In this document: piece by piece, positions 19,076 to 28,767 of the stretch
Position numbering within the stretch: the first letter of the stretch is position 1
Layout of the letters: each line of letters starts with the position of its first letter
From: a bacterium
GTDB lineage: Bacteria; Patescibacteriota; Microgenomatia; Levybacterales; UBA12049
Assembly: GCA_021813145.1 (NCBI GenBank)
Contig: JAKALS010000001.1
Coordinates: forward strand, 3,515-67,514
Reading direction: 5' to 3'
DNA length: 64,000 nucleotides
Program-made: the position numbers and the translations under genes
Notes under the pieces: model-generated
What the model was told of the DNA's origin: nothing
The model's database searches: none
The model's input: the letters and a program-made list of their open reading frames with translations, nothing else

Positions 19076-20121
19076 TTGCCTATTGTTCCGCCCCATTCGA
19101 CACTCGTAAACCCTATCCTTTCGGGGGGATTTGAGGGAAGATTTAAAGGTTTTGGAGAATATTCATAGCTTAAGGGTTTAAAGTAAAGAAGAAATTCTAT
19201 TTTTGTCTGCGGCAAGGGATTTATGTCTACTCTGTCTATTTTTTGTTTTTCCGAATTGGGGATTACGGAAATAAAAATATAAGGAGAGTTTAGCGCGTCA
19301 AGTTTTGGAAGCCAATAATTCACAAGTTCTTTCTGCTCGGGAGTTATTAAGCCCAGTTTATAAGTCAGAGAATAAAGCGAATTTTTAAGGTCTTTTGTTT
19401 TAACGACTATCCCGTTTTCCGGCTCTTGTACGGAGTTAACGGAAGATTCATAGTAAAGCTCGTTGTAGGTTTTCCCGTTATACTCAAAATGCCCGTCGGG
19501 GTGGGCAAGGATGTTTTTCCATCCGTTAATGGGGTAATTCGGAATACTCTCAACAATAGACCCTTTTGTAGAAACACTGACGTTTACCATAGTATCTTTT
19601 TTCGGATAAAGATAGATAACGGGTTTTCCTATGCAGTAAACGCCCGTGCCTGTTCCCGCCAGGGAAGGAGTGCTACACCATTGATTATAAAGCCAAGTGG
19701 GTTGGCAATTAAATTCTGTTTTACTAACCTGATTGTAGGAACTTACGCACTGCTTGTTAGAGCAAGTTACCAGATTTGCGGCGCATCGGCATGTAACGTC
19801 TGTTACGGGAACTCCCGTGTTTGCAACAATCTGTCCATTATCGTGATTACAGGTGCTTGAAGGGCTTGGGCTTGGAGTTGGGGAAGCTGCTCCCAAACCT
19901 TCTATTTGTAGGCTTTGCTGGGAATTCGGAGAAGAGCCTGTACCCGGACCCGAAGCTCCTCCCGGAGCAGGCGTTGGTGTGTTTTGTTCAATTGTATAAG
20001 ACTGGTTGGGATTTTGAAGATTGGAACTATGAAAAGTAAATGAGCCTCCTACAAGTAAAAAGCTTGCGAGTATTACAATAGCAAGAACTATAAATTCTAT
20101 TCCTCCTCTTTCTCTACTCAT
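19072..20121 (-). CDS. Membrane-anchored protein with Cys-rich segment and C-terminal 'KPVIYLYP...YLxYE...EWGG' domain
   Basis: Recognisable conserved unknown-function domain; N-terminal TM. Confidence 0.7.
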   Translation of the reverse strand: MSRERGGIEFIVLAIVILASFLLVGGSFTFHSSNLQNPNQSYTIEQNTPTPAPGGASGPGTGSSPNSQQSLQIEGLGAASPTPSPSPSSTCNHDNGQIVANTGVPVTDVTCRCAANLVTCSNKQCVSSYNQVSKTEFNCQPTWLYNQWCSTPSLAGTGTGVYCIGKPVIYLYPKKDTMVNVSVSTKGSIVESIPNYPINGWKNILAHPDGHFEYNGKTYNELYYESSVNSVQEPENGIVVKTKDLKNSLYSLTYKLGLITPEQKELVNYWLPKLDALNSPYIFISVIPNSEKQKIDRVDINPLPQTKIEFLLYFKPLSYEYSPKPLNLPSNPPERIGFTSVEWGGTIGN

Positions 20122-20246
20122 ACATTTATATTACAGCATTTTTCATTTCCCATCTACCATTTCAATTGGTTAATAAATTGTAAAATTTTAAATGAATAAT
20201 AAATGGAGAATGAGCAATAATTCAATGGAAAATAGCTTTACGAGAG

Positions 20247-21089
20247 CTATTGGCACAGTTTTTGGGATATTTGGGAGAGAATCCCGCTTATTTGATTTGA
20301 GTCCGGGGCTTTGTAAAAATCGTCCGGAGAAGAAGCTACATTACTCATTAAATTTTCAAGTCTTTGTTCAAGATTGGTATCGCTTTTATCTACATAGGCA
20401 ATTGTAAAAATTCTTATTCCTTCCTGCTTTATCTGACTTGCCACGTCTGTAGGGTCTTGTTCGGGGGCGAAACACTGGCAGTTAGCTCTACAATAAGCAG
20501 GAATACATTCGTGGTCGGATTGGACGGTTTCGGGAACTCCGTCCGATATAAAAATAAGGGCAAATTTGTAGTTCGGAAATTTGCTTATTCCAGCATCCAT
20601 TTTTTGCTTGGTAAAAACAAAAGCGTCTTTTGTATACGTGGCTCCATTTGCGCTCATAGAGTTGATGTAATTGGAATACTGTGTCCTTACATCTTTATAA
20701 TAGGAAAAGGGAATTACCTCGGAAGGTTTGTCGCTGAATTTTTGTACCGCAATCGCTGTCGTATCGGTAAAACCCTGCGAAAATTGTATCATTCCTTGTT
20801 TTAGCTCGGTTAGTTTATTTCCAAAACTCATCGAGCCTGAGTTATCTACGAGAAAATCAACGGCCAATGTTTGCCCGCATTGTTTCTGTGTAAACTGAAT
20901 GGGTTTCAGCTGAAGAGACCGGGGGCTTGACGAAGAAGAAGGGGAGACGGGAACGTTTTCAACGTCTGTATTTTGGGGGTAAGAATTAAACTGAGGGGGG
21001 AATATGCCGTTTGTTAAAAGAATTGAGGAGCCGATTACCAAAAGCAGGAGCAAAATAACGATTTTGAGCCCCGGAGAAATCTTTTTCAT
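20247..21089 (-). CDS. Membrane-anchored von Willebrand factor A domain protein
   Basis: DNSGSM MIDAS motif, GATYT, ISDGVP; start refined to MKKISPG. Confidence 0.85.
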   Translation of the reverse strand: MKKISPGLKIVILLLLLVIGSSILLTNGIFPPQFNSYPQNTDVENVPVSPSSSSSPRSLQLKPIQFTQKQCGQTLAVDFLVDNSGSMSFGNKLTELKQGMIQFSQGFTDTTAIAVQKFSDKPSEVIPFSYYKDVRTQYSNYINSMSANGATYTKDAFVFTKQKMDAGISKFPNYKFALIFISDGVPETVQSDHECIPAYCRANCQCFAPEQDPTDVASQIKQEGIRIFTIAYVDKSDTNLEQRLENLMSNVASSPDDFYKAPDSNQISGILSQISQKLCQ

Positions 21090-21202
21090 CACAAAAACAT
21101 CATAACACAATTTAGAATTCAAAATTCAGAGCGGAAAGCAGGATATATTTGATCTTGAATTTTAGAAAGTCAAGAATTTCTTACTTCAAAAAAATCTATC
21201 CC

Positions 21203-22987
21203 TTAAGGGGCGACTTCTTGCCAGGTGTAGTTTGTTTTCCTGACAAAATTGGGAAGATTAAGTATAAAGTCAGGCCTTGATTGGACCGTAAATACAGGGC
21301 AGTAAGCATCGTTTCCGCAAAGGTCCCTGTTGTTCTGGACAGTTCCGCCGTTTAATCCCGCATTTACAATAATAGCTCCTGCTACATTGAGTCTGTTGTC
21401 GGGGCCTGTTGCGCAGTCGTTTGTTCCATTTATAACGAAGTTCTGGTCTGCGCTGAAAATTCCCTCAAGGTCGGTTGCCGTTGACAGATAATTACTCTCT
21501 CCAACGCTTTTATCTACATATATGCTTCCTTTTACTGAAAATATTACGGTAGAACCGACAGGAACGTGTATTTGAGTGTCTATTGTAAGGTCACCGTTAA
21601 CAAGAATAATGTAGTTTTGGTTTGCCGGGAAAGTATAGGAAGCGGGGCTTCCCGTACCGGTTAATGTAAGGCTTCCGTTTGCAATATATATTCCGTGGGG
21701 AAGACTTGATGAAAGCTGGCAATTTGTAAGTCCTCCAAGATTGCAATAAGAAGAATTGGATGTAATATCAACGGGAGTAATATTTGCCTGCTGGGCAATA
21801 GACTGCATGTAAGCATAAGAAGATTTTATAACTCCTCCGATTGCACCCGGTGCAAAACTCTCCGGGTATGATGCTCCTCCCGAAACCCAGTTGTTTACCG
21901 ATGCGCTTCCCTGGCCGAAATTTGCCGAGCCGTTTCCCGTATATACGACTCCGGGGGAGCCTGCGGAATTTACAGACGTATAAGCTCCGCCGCTGCAGGA
22001 AGTGTTGGCCGTATCCGGGATAGGATTATTAAAGCTGGACCCGCTTCCGCCTGTTCCCGAAGAACTGAAGCCTCCGTCGGTTCTTACATCTCCGCCGCCG
22101 CCGGTTTGAATCCATGGAATGCTGTCGGACATACCGAAGTTAAGGTTTTGGACATTATCCGAAGAGCATGTCGCATCAGGCGAACCGGTGGCCGCGCATC
22201 CCGGGCCTACAGTTACCGAGAAAGAAGGTGGCGCACCCGTAGGGATAGTCATGATCCAGTTTGTTCCGGGAAGACCCGAGGTGTAAGAAACGGTATATGT
22301 TCCGGCCGAAAGTCCTGTCACTTGGAATTTGCCCTGGGAAGGATAAGAAACGCTTCCTGCGGTAGAGGTGATCGTAACAGTACCCGTATAAAGGGATTCT
22401 CCGTTATCCAGTTTTTGATCTTTGTTTGCGTCAACAAATACATTTCCCTGAATGGAATACGGGCCGGGGGTAGGAGCGGGAGTTGAGCCCGTCGGGACAG
22501 GGGTGGGAGTTGTAGGGCAAAGCGAGCAGTCCGTAAGACAGCTTCCCGAAGCACAATATGGAACACATATCCCGCCTGCGCACTGAGAACAGGTTACCTG
22601 CGGAGCTGTACAAACAAGAGGTGTGGGTGTAGGGCTTGAAGTTGGGGTTGGGGTGGGAGTTGAAGTCGGGACCGGAGTTGGACAAGAGCTACAGCTATTG
22701 GAATAAGTACCACAATATTGATAGCAGGTTGATCCAGAGCATCCGTATTGGAGGGAAGAGTTAGATGGGCAAGTAGGAATAGGCGTCGGGCAGCCTGCAG
22801 TGCAACTTGTATTAAGGGTGTAATAAGGGCCGATATTGCAATATGTTCCAATGTAATAATAAGCAGTGTTACACGTGCTACTGCAGTATTGACTGCATGC
22901 ATTAGCCTGTTGGGGAGTGGATAAAAAGAAAAAAGCTCCTAAGAAAAGGAACACTACCAAAGATAAGAGGCTTATCTTTATTCTCAT
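21203..22987 (-). CDS. Secreted Cys-rich surface protein with SdrD-B-like domain
   Basis: Signal peptide ending ANA, Cys-rich N-terminus, PT linkers, GNVFVDANKDQKLDNGE, C-terminal WQEVAP. Confidence 0.7.
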   Translation of the reverse strand: MRIKISLLSLVVFLFLGAFFFLSTPQQANACSQYCSSTCNTAYYYIGTYCNIGPYYTLNTSCTAGCPTPIPTCPSNSSLQYGCSGSTCYQYCGTYSNSCSSCPTPVPTSTPTPTPTSSPTPTPLVCTAPQVTCSQCAGGICVPYCASGSCLTDCSLCPTTPTPVPTGSTPAPTPGPYSIQGNVFVDANKDQKLDNGESLYTGTVTITSTAGSVSYPSQGKFQVTGLSAGTYTVSYTSGLPGTNWIMTIPTGAPPSFSVTVGPGCAATGSPDATCSSDNVQNLNFGMSDSIPWIQTGGGGDVRTDGGFSSSGTGGSGSSFNNPIPDTANTSCSGGAYTSVNSAGSPGVVYTGNGSANFGQGSASVNNWVSGGASYPESFAPGAIGGVIKSSYAYMQSIAQQANITPVDITSNSSYCNLGGLTNCQLSSSLPHGIYIANGSLTLTGTGSPASYTFPANQNYIILVNGDLTIDTQIHVPVGSTVIFSVKGSIYVDKSVGESNYLSTATDLEGIFSADQNFVINGTNDCATGPDNRLNVAGAIIVNAGLNGGTVQNNRDLCGNDAYCPVFTVQSRPDFILNLPNFVRKTNYTWQEVAP

Positions 22988-23028
22988 TAATTCAATTATT
23001 GCATTTTATTTTTTTAAAAGTCAATCCT

Positions 23029-23916
23029 CTATTGGGGAGTGTAATAATTTAGAGAATATACGTCTAGCTCTGAATTTTTAGGAACAAGTCCTGTGATTGG
23101 AAGATTCCCAGTTTTTGTGTAAAAAGATTTATTATAGTTGAAAGATTCGATATCTCCATTGGGGAATAATACAGTGAGAGTTTTCCCGTCAGAGGAAAGC
23201 TTAATCGAGAAAAAGGCTCTTTGGGAGATTGAATTATTTGAGGGTGTATAAAATGGTACAAAATCGGTAATTTTAGAAGCGAATAAAAATTGTATACCCC
23301 AAGCGTTAAAACTTGGATAGTAGCTTATATAGAATCTGTTCTCACTTGGATCACCTCCAAACATTAAGCCTAAATCATTCTTCCCATTTGAATCCGCTTT
23401 AAGGGCAAAATTCACCTGAACCCCTTTATTTCCGGGAACGATTTGATCACTGTTGGGAACAAATACGTAAGAGACTTCTTTGTCGGTGTTAATAAATTTT
23501 TGAGGATTAGCACATTTAATAAGTTGGTTTAATATTATGTTTTTATCGTTTGAATTAGAATTACAAGCGGCTAAATTCTGAAAATTATTACTAAAATAGA
23601 TTAAGTCATCCTGAGAAGAAGTATTTATTGCCGCGTTTTGCACGTTTTGCTGTTGAGGGAGAAAAGAAAGAGCGGGAATTACCGAAGAAAGTGGGATAAG
23701 ATTAAAATAATTAAAGGTAGTAAGTATCAGGATGCTGAATAGGGCTATGAGAGTTAATTCAAAAATGGAGGTCCTTATAAAATCAAAAATTCTGTAGGCA
23801 GTGGATTTAGGCGCTTCTTCTTGCTGTGGAGCCGCTTCGGTATTTTGGTTTGGAGTACTTACGGGATTGGGTATCCCAAGAGGATTTTGAATACTGGCAG
23901 GCGGTATTACTTCCAT
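23029..23916 (-). CDS. Hypothetical membrane-anchored protein
   Basis: Single TM after a Pro-rich N-terminus. Confidence 0.6.
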   Translation of the reverse strand: MEVIPPASIQNPLGIPNPVSTPNQNTEAAPQQEEAPKSTAYRIFDFIRTSIFELTLIALFSILILTTFNYFNLIPLSSVIPALSFLPQQQNVQNAAINTSSQDDLIYFSNNFQNLAACNSNSNDKNIILNQLIKCANPQKFINTDKEVSYVFVPNSDQIVPGNKGVQVNFALKADSNGKNDLGLMFGGDPSENRFYISYYPSFNAWGIQFLFASKITDFVPFYTPSNNSISQRAFFSIKLSSDGKTLTVLFPNGDIESFNYNKSFYTKTGNLPITGLVPKNSELDVYSLNYYTPQ

Positions 23917-24121
23917 GACTTTATGGTAAAGAATGGACTGATTAAAGTCAACAGCTTTGATGGTAGACGATGGAGAATGTAAGCTAGAGCTTGAAGTTGG
24001 ATAAGTTGAAGCGATTAAAACCTTTCGTGGTTTAAAGGTCTGATTCAGCCCTCATCTTCTATCCTCAAGATCCAGCTTCCAGCATCTACTGTTCGCCAGC
24101 AGATAATGTATACTGTTTTTA

Positions 24122-25942
24122 ATGGAGAAGTACTTAAAGTTTGTTTTCTTCTTTTTTCTTGTTGCAGCGTTTTTGTTTGAAGGTTTGGGTATAAAAAATG
24201 GCAGGGTGCTCTCTTACGGCTTAATACTCCTGCTGCCAGTTTTTCTTTTTATTCCGGAGATTTTTTCCAAAAGCCATGAAAAAATTCTCTTTCCGTTAAA
24301 ATTTTCTATCCTCTATTTCTTATTCATACTTTTTAGCTTATTTTCAAGTATCTTTTCCGTGAACCTCCAGAATTCTTTCGAGCAGCTGTTTTTATATATA
24401 GCTTTGTTTTTGGTTTTTATTTTTGTATATAACTACAAACATTTGATAAGTGAAACTTTATTAAAAATAATTTTTGTTTTGGCCCTTATTTTTTCTTTAT
24501 TTTCTATTTTTATAAGTTTTTTTGCATTAAAAAACTCCTTTTTGACTATACCTTTGGATGTAACAACAAACTATTATCAGTTTGTATATTCCGCATGGGC
24601 GCATAATCATTTAAGCGATTTTCTTCTTCTGCCTTTAATAATTTTAATATTCAGATTTTTGTCTCAAAAATTTAAACCGGAGAATTTATTATTTTTTCTC
24701 TTTTTTATTCCCTATTTTATTTTTGCCTACTCAAGGTCGGCCTATCTTGATTTGGCTTTAGTAATTTCGCTAATTCTCGTTTATTATCTTTTTAAGAAAG
24801 GTCAGGGGTGGGGAAAACATATTTTACTGATTTTGGGAAGCTCATTAGCGGTATTAGGTTTAATTGTTTTAGTCTTTTCCGCTTCCGCAGGCGGGCAGCA
24901 GAATGTTTTCGGCTCACTGAATTTTGCACTCAGGGAAAAGTTTGATTTGGGGCAAAAACAGTTTTTTGCAGGCAGAAATGTATACCTTTCCCAGGGACTT
25001 TTTTCTTTTGTAAATAACCCGATTTTAGGATTAGGACCCGGTAATTTTGAATATGCATCCCAAAAATATTCCAATTCTCCGACCGAAATAACAAGCACGG
25101 GCCATAATATTTTTTTGGATATTCTTGTAGAAAACGGATTTTTGGCGGAAATTTTCTTTATATTATTATTTTTTCAAATTTTCTCATCGATAAAAAGAGC
25201 GGTATTCAATAATCTTAACAAAAACGAGTCCAGTCAGAGTTGGCAAAAATCGATAATCAGTAATCAACAATCTTTAATCTATCCGTTGTTGTTTATAGCT
25301 ATGCTGTTAAATTTTCAGACCGATTTTACTTATCAAATTTATTCTTTTTTTCTTTTATTCTTTGCAATATTGGGCTTAGTTTACGAAGAGAAAAGCAAAT
25401 TAAATCCCGGAATTTTGCCGCTGATAATTTCTATAGTACTTTTGTTTTTTATTTCTTTAAAAATTATTAGTTCCGTAGAGGTTTCTAAACAAGATTACAC
25501 GCTTGCATTTTATGCATATCCCCTTAACAGGGAAGTCTATCAGCCGTTAATAAGCAGAGAATTATATATGGGAAACAAGGAAAAAGCCTTCTATTATCTA
25601 AGTTTTTACACAAAAGTTTTTAAAGGAGACTACGATTCGCTAATTTGGGTTGGAGATATATACGACAATTACGAAGGCCCGAAGTATGCATTGCCATATT
25701 ATGAGAAAGCTTTTTTGGTCAATAAGTTCATAGATCCTCTTTACGTTAAAAAAATATACGATATTAAAAGTAAGTTTGAAGGAAGAGAAAATGCAAAGGA
25801 ACTTATTACTCCTTACTTTAAAAATCTCTCTAATGTTAATGATCCGACAGGGCAATATCAACAGACCTATTATCAGTACAGGCTAAGCGCATTAAAAGTT
25901 TGCAGGGAAATATACAACGGGAACTGTCCCTATAGCCTGTAG
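24122..25942 (+). CDS. O-antigen ligase/Wzy_C family membrane protein with C-terminal TPR-like tail
   Basis: Many TMs; YSRSAY, R...W-equivalent, GLGPGNF, TGHNIFLDILVENG motifs. Confidence 0.8.
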   Translation: MEKYLKFVFFFFLVAAFLFEGLGIKNGRVLSYGLILLLPVFLFIPEIFSKSHEKILFPLKFSILYFLFILFSLFSSIFSVNLQNSFEQLFLYIALFLVFIFVYNYKHLISETLLKIIFVLALIFSLFSIFISFFALKNSFLTIPLDVTTNYYQFVYSAWAHNHLSDFLLLPLIILIFRFLSQKFKPENLLFFLFFIPYFIFAYSRSAYLDLALVISLILVYYLFKKGQGWGKHILLILGSSLAVLGLIVLVFSASAGGQQNVFGSLNFALREKFDLGQKQFFAGRNVYLSQGLFSFVNNPILGLGPGNFEYASQKYSNSPTEITSTGHNIFLDILVENGFLAEIFFILLFFQIFSSIKRAVFNNLNKNESSQSWQKSIISNQQSLIYPLLFIAMLLNFQTDFTYQIYSFFLLFFAILGLVYEEKSKLNPGILPLIISIVLLFFISLKIISSVEVSKQDYTLAFYAYPLNREVYQPLISRELYMGNKEKAFYYLSFYTKVFKGDYDSLIWVGDIYDNYEGPKYALPYYEKAFLVNKFIDPLYVKKIYDIKSKFEGRENAKELITPYFKNLSNVNDPTGQYQQTYYQYRLSALKVCREIYNGNCPYSL

Positions 25943-25981
25943 ATTTTTTGAAGTGGGAAGTGAGATGTTCTTGAACTTGAA

Positions 25982-26158
25982 CTAGGTACATGATCCGCAG
26001 CAGTTAGAGCAGGACCAGTTGCAATTGGCAATCCCGCAGCAGGAGGTAGCGCAAGCAATTAATCTTCCCTGGTTTAATTTATTAGGGGTGTAGAAAAGAT
26101 TAATCTTAAATCTCTTTTTTTGAATATCAGGTTTTTGATATTTGTTGTATTTTTTCAT
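25982..26158 (-). CDS. Putative RiPP precursor peptide 1 (58 aa): MKKYNKYQKPDIQKKRFKINLFYTPNKLNQGRLIACATSCCGIANCNWSCSNCCGSCT
   Basis: Manually translated, below the ORF-track cutoff; its ATG overlaps the upstream TGA (ATGA); YxKPxI leader; 8 Cys, 4 Ser and 2 Thr in the last 23 aa. Confidence 0.85.
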   Translation of the reverse strand: MKKYNKYQKPDIQKKRFKINLFYTPNKLNQGRLIACATSCCGIANCNWSCSNCCGSCT

Positions 26159-26670
26159 TGCTGCAAAATAAAAATATTTATGTCCAATGGTGCTTCATTT
26201 GGATCTATGGCGAGGTTCTCATTAAATTGGACCATTATTTTATCTCCGGGTTTTAAATCGCTTACTCCCACCTTTGAAGTTGTTCCATTTTTATCTTGAA
26301 GGTATACTGAGGTAGTTAATAAGTTTTTCCCCGTAATTGGGATGTTTGTCATATCTGCTTTATCGCCCTCCAGCACTATTAGTACTCCTTTATTGTCTTT
26401 TGACGGAATTATATTTTTTACTATTCCGTTAACATTTTGGGTAAAATATACATTTGCATTTTTATAAGACGGCCAGCTTTCAAGCATTTTTAGGGCAATA
26501 GGGTTAATTGCTAGGTTTGCTATGGGTATAGGGGTAGAGGTTGATGTCCCGATCGGGACCTGAGCTATTTTTTTAGGTTCTTCAAAAACAAAAAGAAATA
26601 CAACTTCCGAAAAAGCCGTAATAAGAAGAGCAATTATTATGGCAAGGAACACCTTGTTGAGCCTGGACAC
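26155..26670 (-). CDS. Membrane-anchored protein (paralog A), coupled to precursor 1
   Basis: N-terminal TM, PT linker, beta-rich C-terminus with SDLKPGDKI; paralog of 30523..31044. Confidence 0.75.
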   Translation of the reverse strand: MSRLNKVFLAIIIALLITAFSEVVFLFVFEEPKKIAQVPIGTSTSTPIPIANLAINPIALKMLESWPSYKNANVYFTQNVNGIVKNIIPSKDNKGVLIVLEGDKADMTNIPITGKNLLTTSVYLQDKNGTTSKVGVSDLKPGDKIMVQFNENLAIDPNEAPLDINIFILQQ

Positions 26671-26722
26671 TTTAAATCACCTGATTATAGTAGAACACTT
26701 TGCTTAAGCGATGTCAATAGCA

Positions 26723-27487
26723 CTATTTCAAGGGGTTGCCAAAGGAAAAAGTGCTAATTACTGTTTCCTCAGTCCCGTCTACATCAAGTAATTTGTTTAG
26801 TGTGTCTTCTTTAAAACCCGCTACCTCGCAACACCCAAGATTTAGGGGAATGGAATTTAGGTAAAAATTTTGGCCGAGATGGCCTGTATCGATAAAAACA
26901 TGTCTATAACCGCGTTCTCCGTATTTAACCGTAGTTCTTGCGAAAACTCCGGTAACAATAATTATAAAAGCCGACCCTTTAACCCATTCTTGGTCAAAAT
27001 ATTTTCTGAAGTTTATCGTTTTATACGCGTAAATATGCTCAAGACTGTGAGTTCTTGGGTAATAATGATAAATTCCGTTAGGAAGTTCGGTATTAAAAGA
27101 TAAAAGGTAAATTTCAAGAGGGTATCTTCCTCCTCCCGAAGGATAAAATCTAAGAGGATACAAATTTTCATCAAGATTTTTTATTCCTGCGCTATGGTAC
27201 AGGAGAGAGGAAATTCTTTTAAGGTCAACCTTTTCTTTAGTGAATTCCCTTATGGACTCTCTTTTTAGAAGCGCTTTGGATAAGGCAACTTTAGGAAGTT
27301 CAATTTTGGGAAGCTTAATCTGTTCAAAACGGAAATAGCTTTTAAAATAAACTTTTTTCCACGTTTCGGGAGGTTTTTTTAAATCTTTTCTGAAGCGGAC
27401 ATTTTTTGATGCTTCGTAAAATTTTTGAAAAGGTGAGTTGTTGATGTTTAATAACTCCTCAATCTCGTTGTTATTTTTTATTTTCAT
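26723..27487 (-). CDS. SagB/ThcOx family FMN-dependent azoline dehydrogenase
   Basis: RESIREF, RFYPSGGGRYPLEIY, KYGERGYRH..IDTGHLGQN. Confidence 0.92.
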   Translation of the reverse strand: MKIKNNNEIEELLNINNSPFQKFYEASKNVRFRKDLKKPPETWKKVYFKSYFRFEQIKLPKIELPKVALSKALLKRESIREFTKEKVDLKRISSLLYHSAGIKNLDENLYPLRFYPSGGGRYPLEIYLLSFNTELPNGIYHYYPRTHSLEHIYAYKTINFRKYFDQEWVKGSAFIIIVTGVFARTTVKYGERGYRHVFIDTGHLGQNFYLNSIPLNLGCCEVAGFKEDTLNKLLDVDGTEETVISTFSFGNPLK

Positions 27488-28767
27488 ATAAAAGGATGCG
27501 GAACTTGATTAAAATTCCCGGTTTCCACGTTAAAGAAATCCGCCACTTCTTTTATTCTTCCCGTCTTTAATTCTTTCTCTTTCTCATTCAAATAGAGAGG
27601 TTGAAGACGGGGAATAATGATTTTGAATACTTTATAGTCAATATCGGTAAAGTTATCTAAAGTTATGTCGGAATAATATGCATCCAGATTATTTTTCTTT
27701 AAAATTTTTTTCACTGTTTCCAGTTCTTTTACAGGGTTGTCTATGGGGGGTAGGGTTTTATATATCTTCGATTTTTCCGATTTTGTGAGAAAATCTAATT
27801 TGTCTTCCATTTGGGGCGTCATCCATAAAAGTGCCCTTTCAGCAATAGTTGGAACATGTTTTCTTATTTTTACATTTTTCTTTTTGTCAAATAGCTGCAA
27901 TTTCGCAAAGTATCTATTCATGAATGCCTCTTCCATGGCTCCCAGAATCGCAGTTTTTGTATCTAGGCTCGCTTTCATTCCCAGTGAAAGTTGGGGAAGA
28001 TTACCCGTTTCATCTAACAAAACGGTTAAGAATACAGGCACTTGAAGATTATTGGTAATATTAAAGATCAGGGGTTTTAGTCTGTATCTCTTGTAATAAT
28101 CGCCTAGGGATTTTATAGCGCTATCCTTAATGGAACTTATTTTTATCTTGGGGACCCTTATTTTATTAAGATATACCGTCATGAATGCATCTCTTTCTAT
28201 GACCTCATAAATTCCATTAAGAATAACTCTTGTGCTATCAAATCCTCCAGCTGCACCCGTACTTATACTTGAAGTCAGAGAAACTTCATTATCTTTTGGA
28301 AAGTTTAGATATAAAAGCTGGGCAGGAAGAAGTACCTGTTTATTGTCAAATAAATCGTGTCCCTTTATCCATCCGAACTTTGTTTCTTTTATTTTGTCCG
28401 TGTTTATATAAATTTGAGGATTTAAAGCATTAATTCTTTTCTTTTTCAGTTCATTATAGGTAGTATATGTAATCGATTTATAGCTATAGCAGCATTGGTT
28501 AAATCTTTCTGCAGCCTCGCTAAGACACTTCAATAGGGCGGTTTCTTTTGATGCATAAGATAATCCGTTTGCCCCGATTTTATATGCGTTGAGCTTATAT
28601 TCAGATTTCGGAAAAAAGGGATTACTTGAGTTATTAAGCATAACCGAATAGTAATTTAGCTTAGGTTCGTCATAAAAGTGGTTAGAGTTATTTGCTACTT
28701 TCTTAATAATTTTTTTTCCGTTAAGTTCTTTATAGAGTATTTTGATTAATTCCAAGTTATTTTCCAT
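27484..28767 (-). CDS. YcaO-family cyclodehydratase
   Basis: SEAAERF, STGAAGG, YEVIERDA ATP-binding motifs; Pro-rich C-terminus PHPFI. Confidence 0.93.
   Translation of the reverse strand: MENNLELIKILYKELNGKKIIKKVANNSNHFYDEPKLNYYSVMLNNSSNPFFPKSEYKLNAYKIGANGLSYASKETALLKCLSEAAERFNQCCYSYKSITYTTYNELKKKRINALNPQIYINTDKIKETKFGWIKGHDLFDNKQVLLPAQLLYLNFPKDNEVSLTSSISTGAAGGFDSTRVILNGIYEVIERDAFMTVYLNKIRVPKIKISSIKDSAIKSLGDYYKRYRLKPLIFNITNNLQVPVFLTVLLDETGNLPQLSLGMKASLDTKTAILGAMEEAFMNRYFAKLQLFDKKKNVKIRKHVPTIAERALLWMTPQMEDKLDFLTKSEKSKIYKTLPPIDNPVKELETVKKILKKNNLDAYYSDITLDNFTDIDYKVFKIIIPRLQPLYLNEKEKELKTGRIKEVADFFNVETGNFNQVPHPFI

Noticed and set aside
26723-28767. Thiopeptide or thioamitide cluster interpretation
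   Set aside because: No LanB-like dehydratase, pyridine synthase or TfuA seen.
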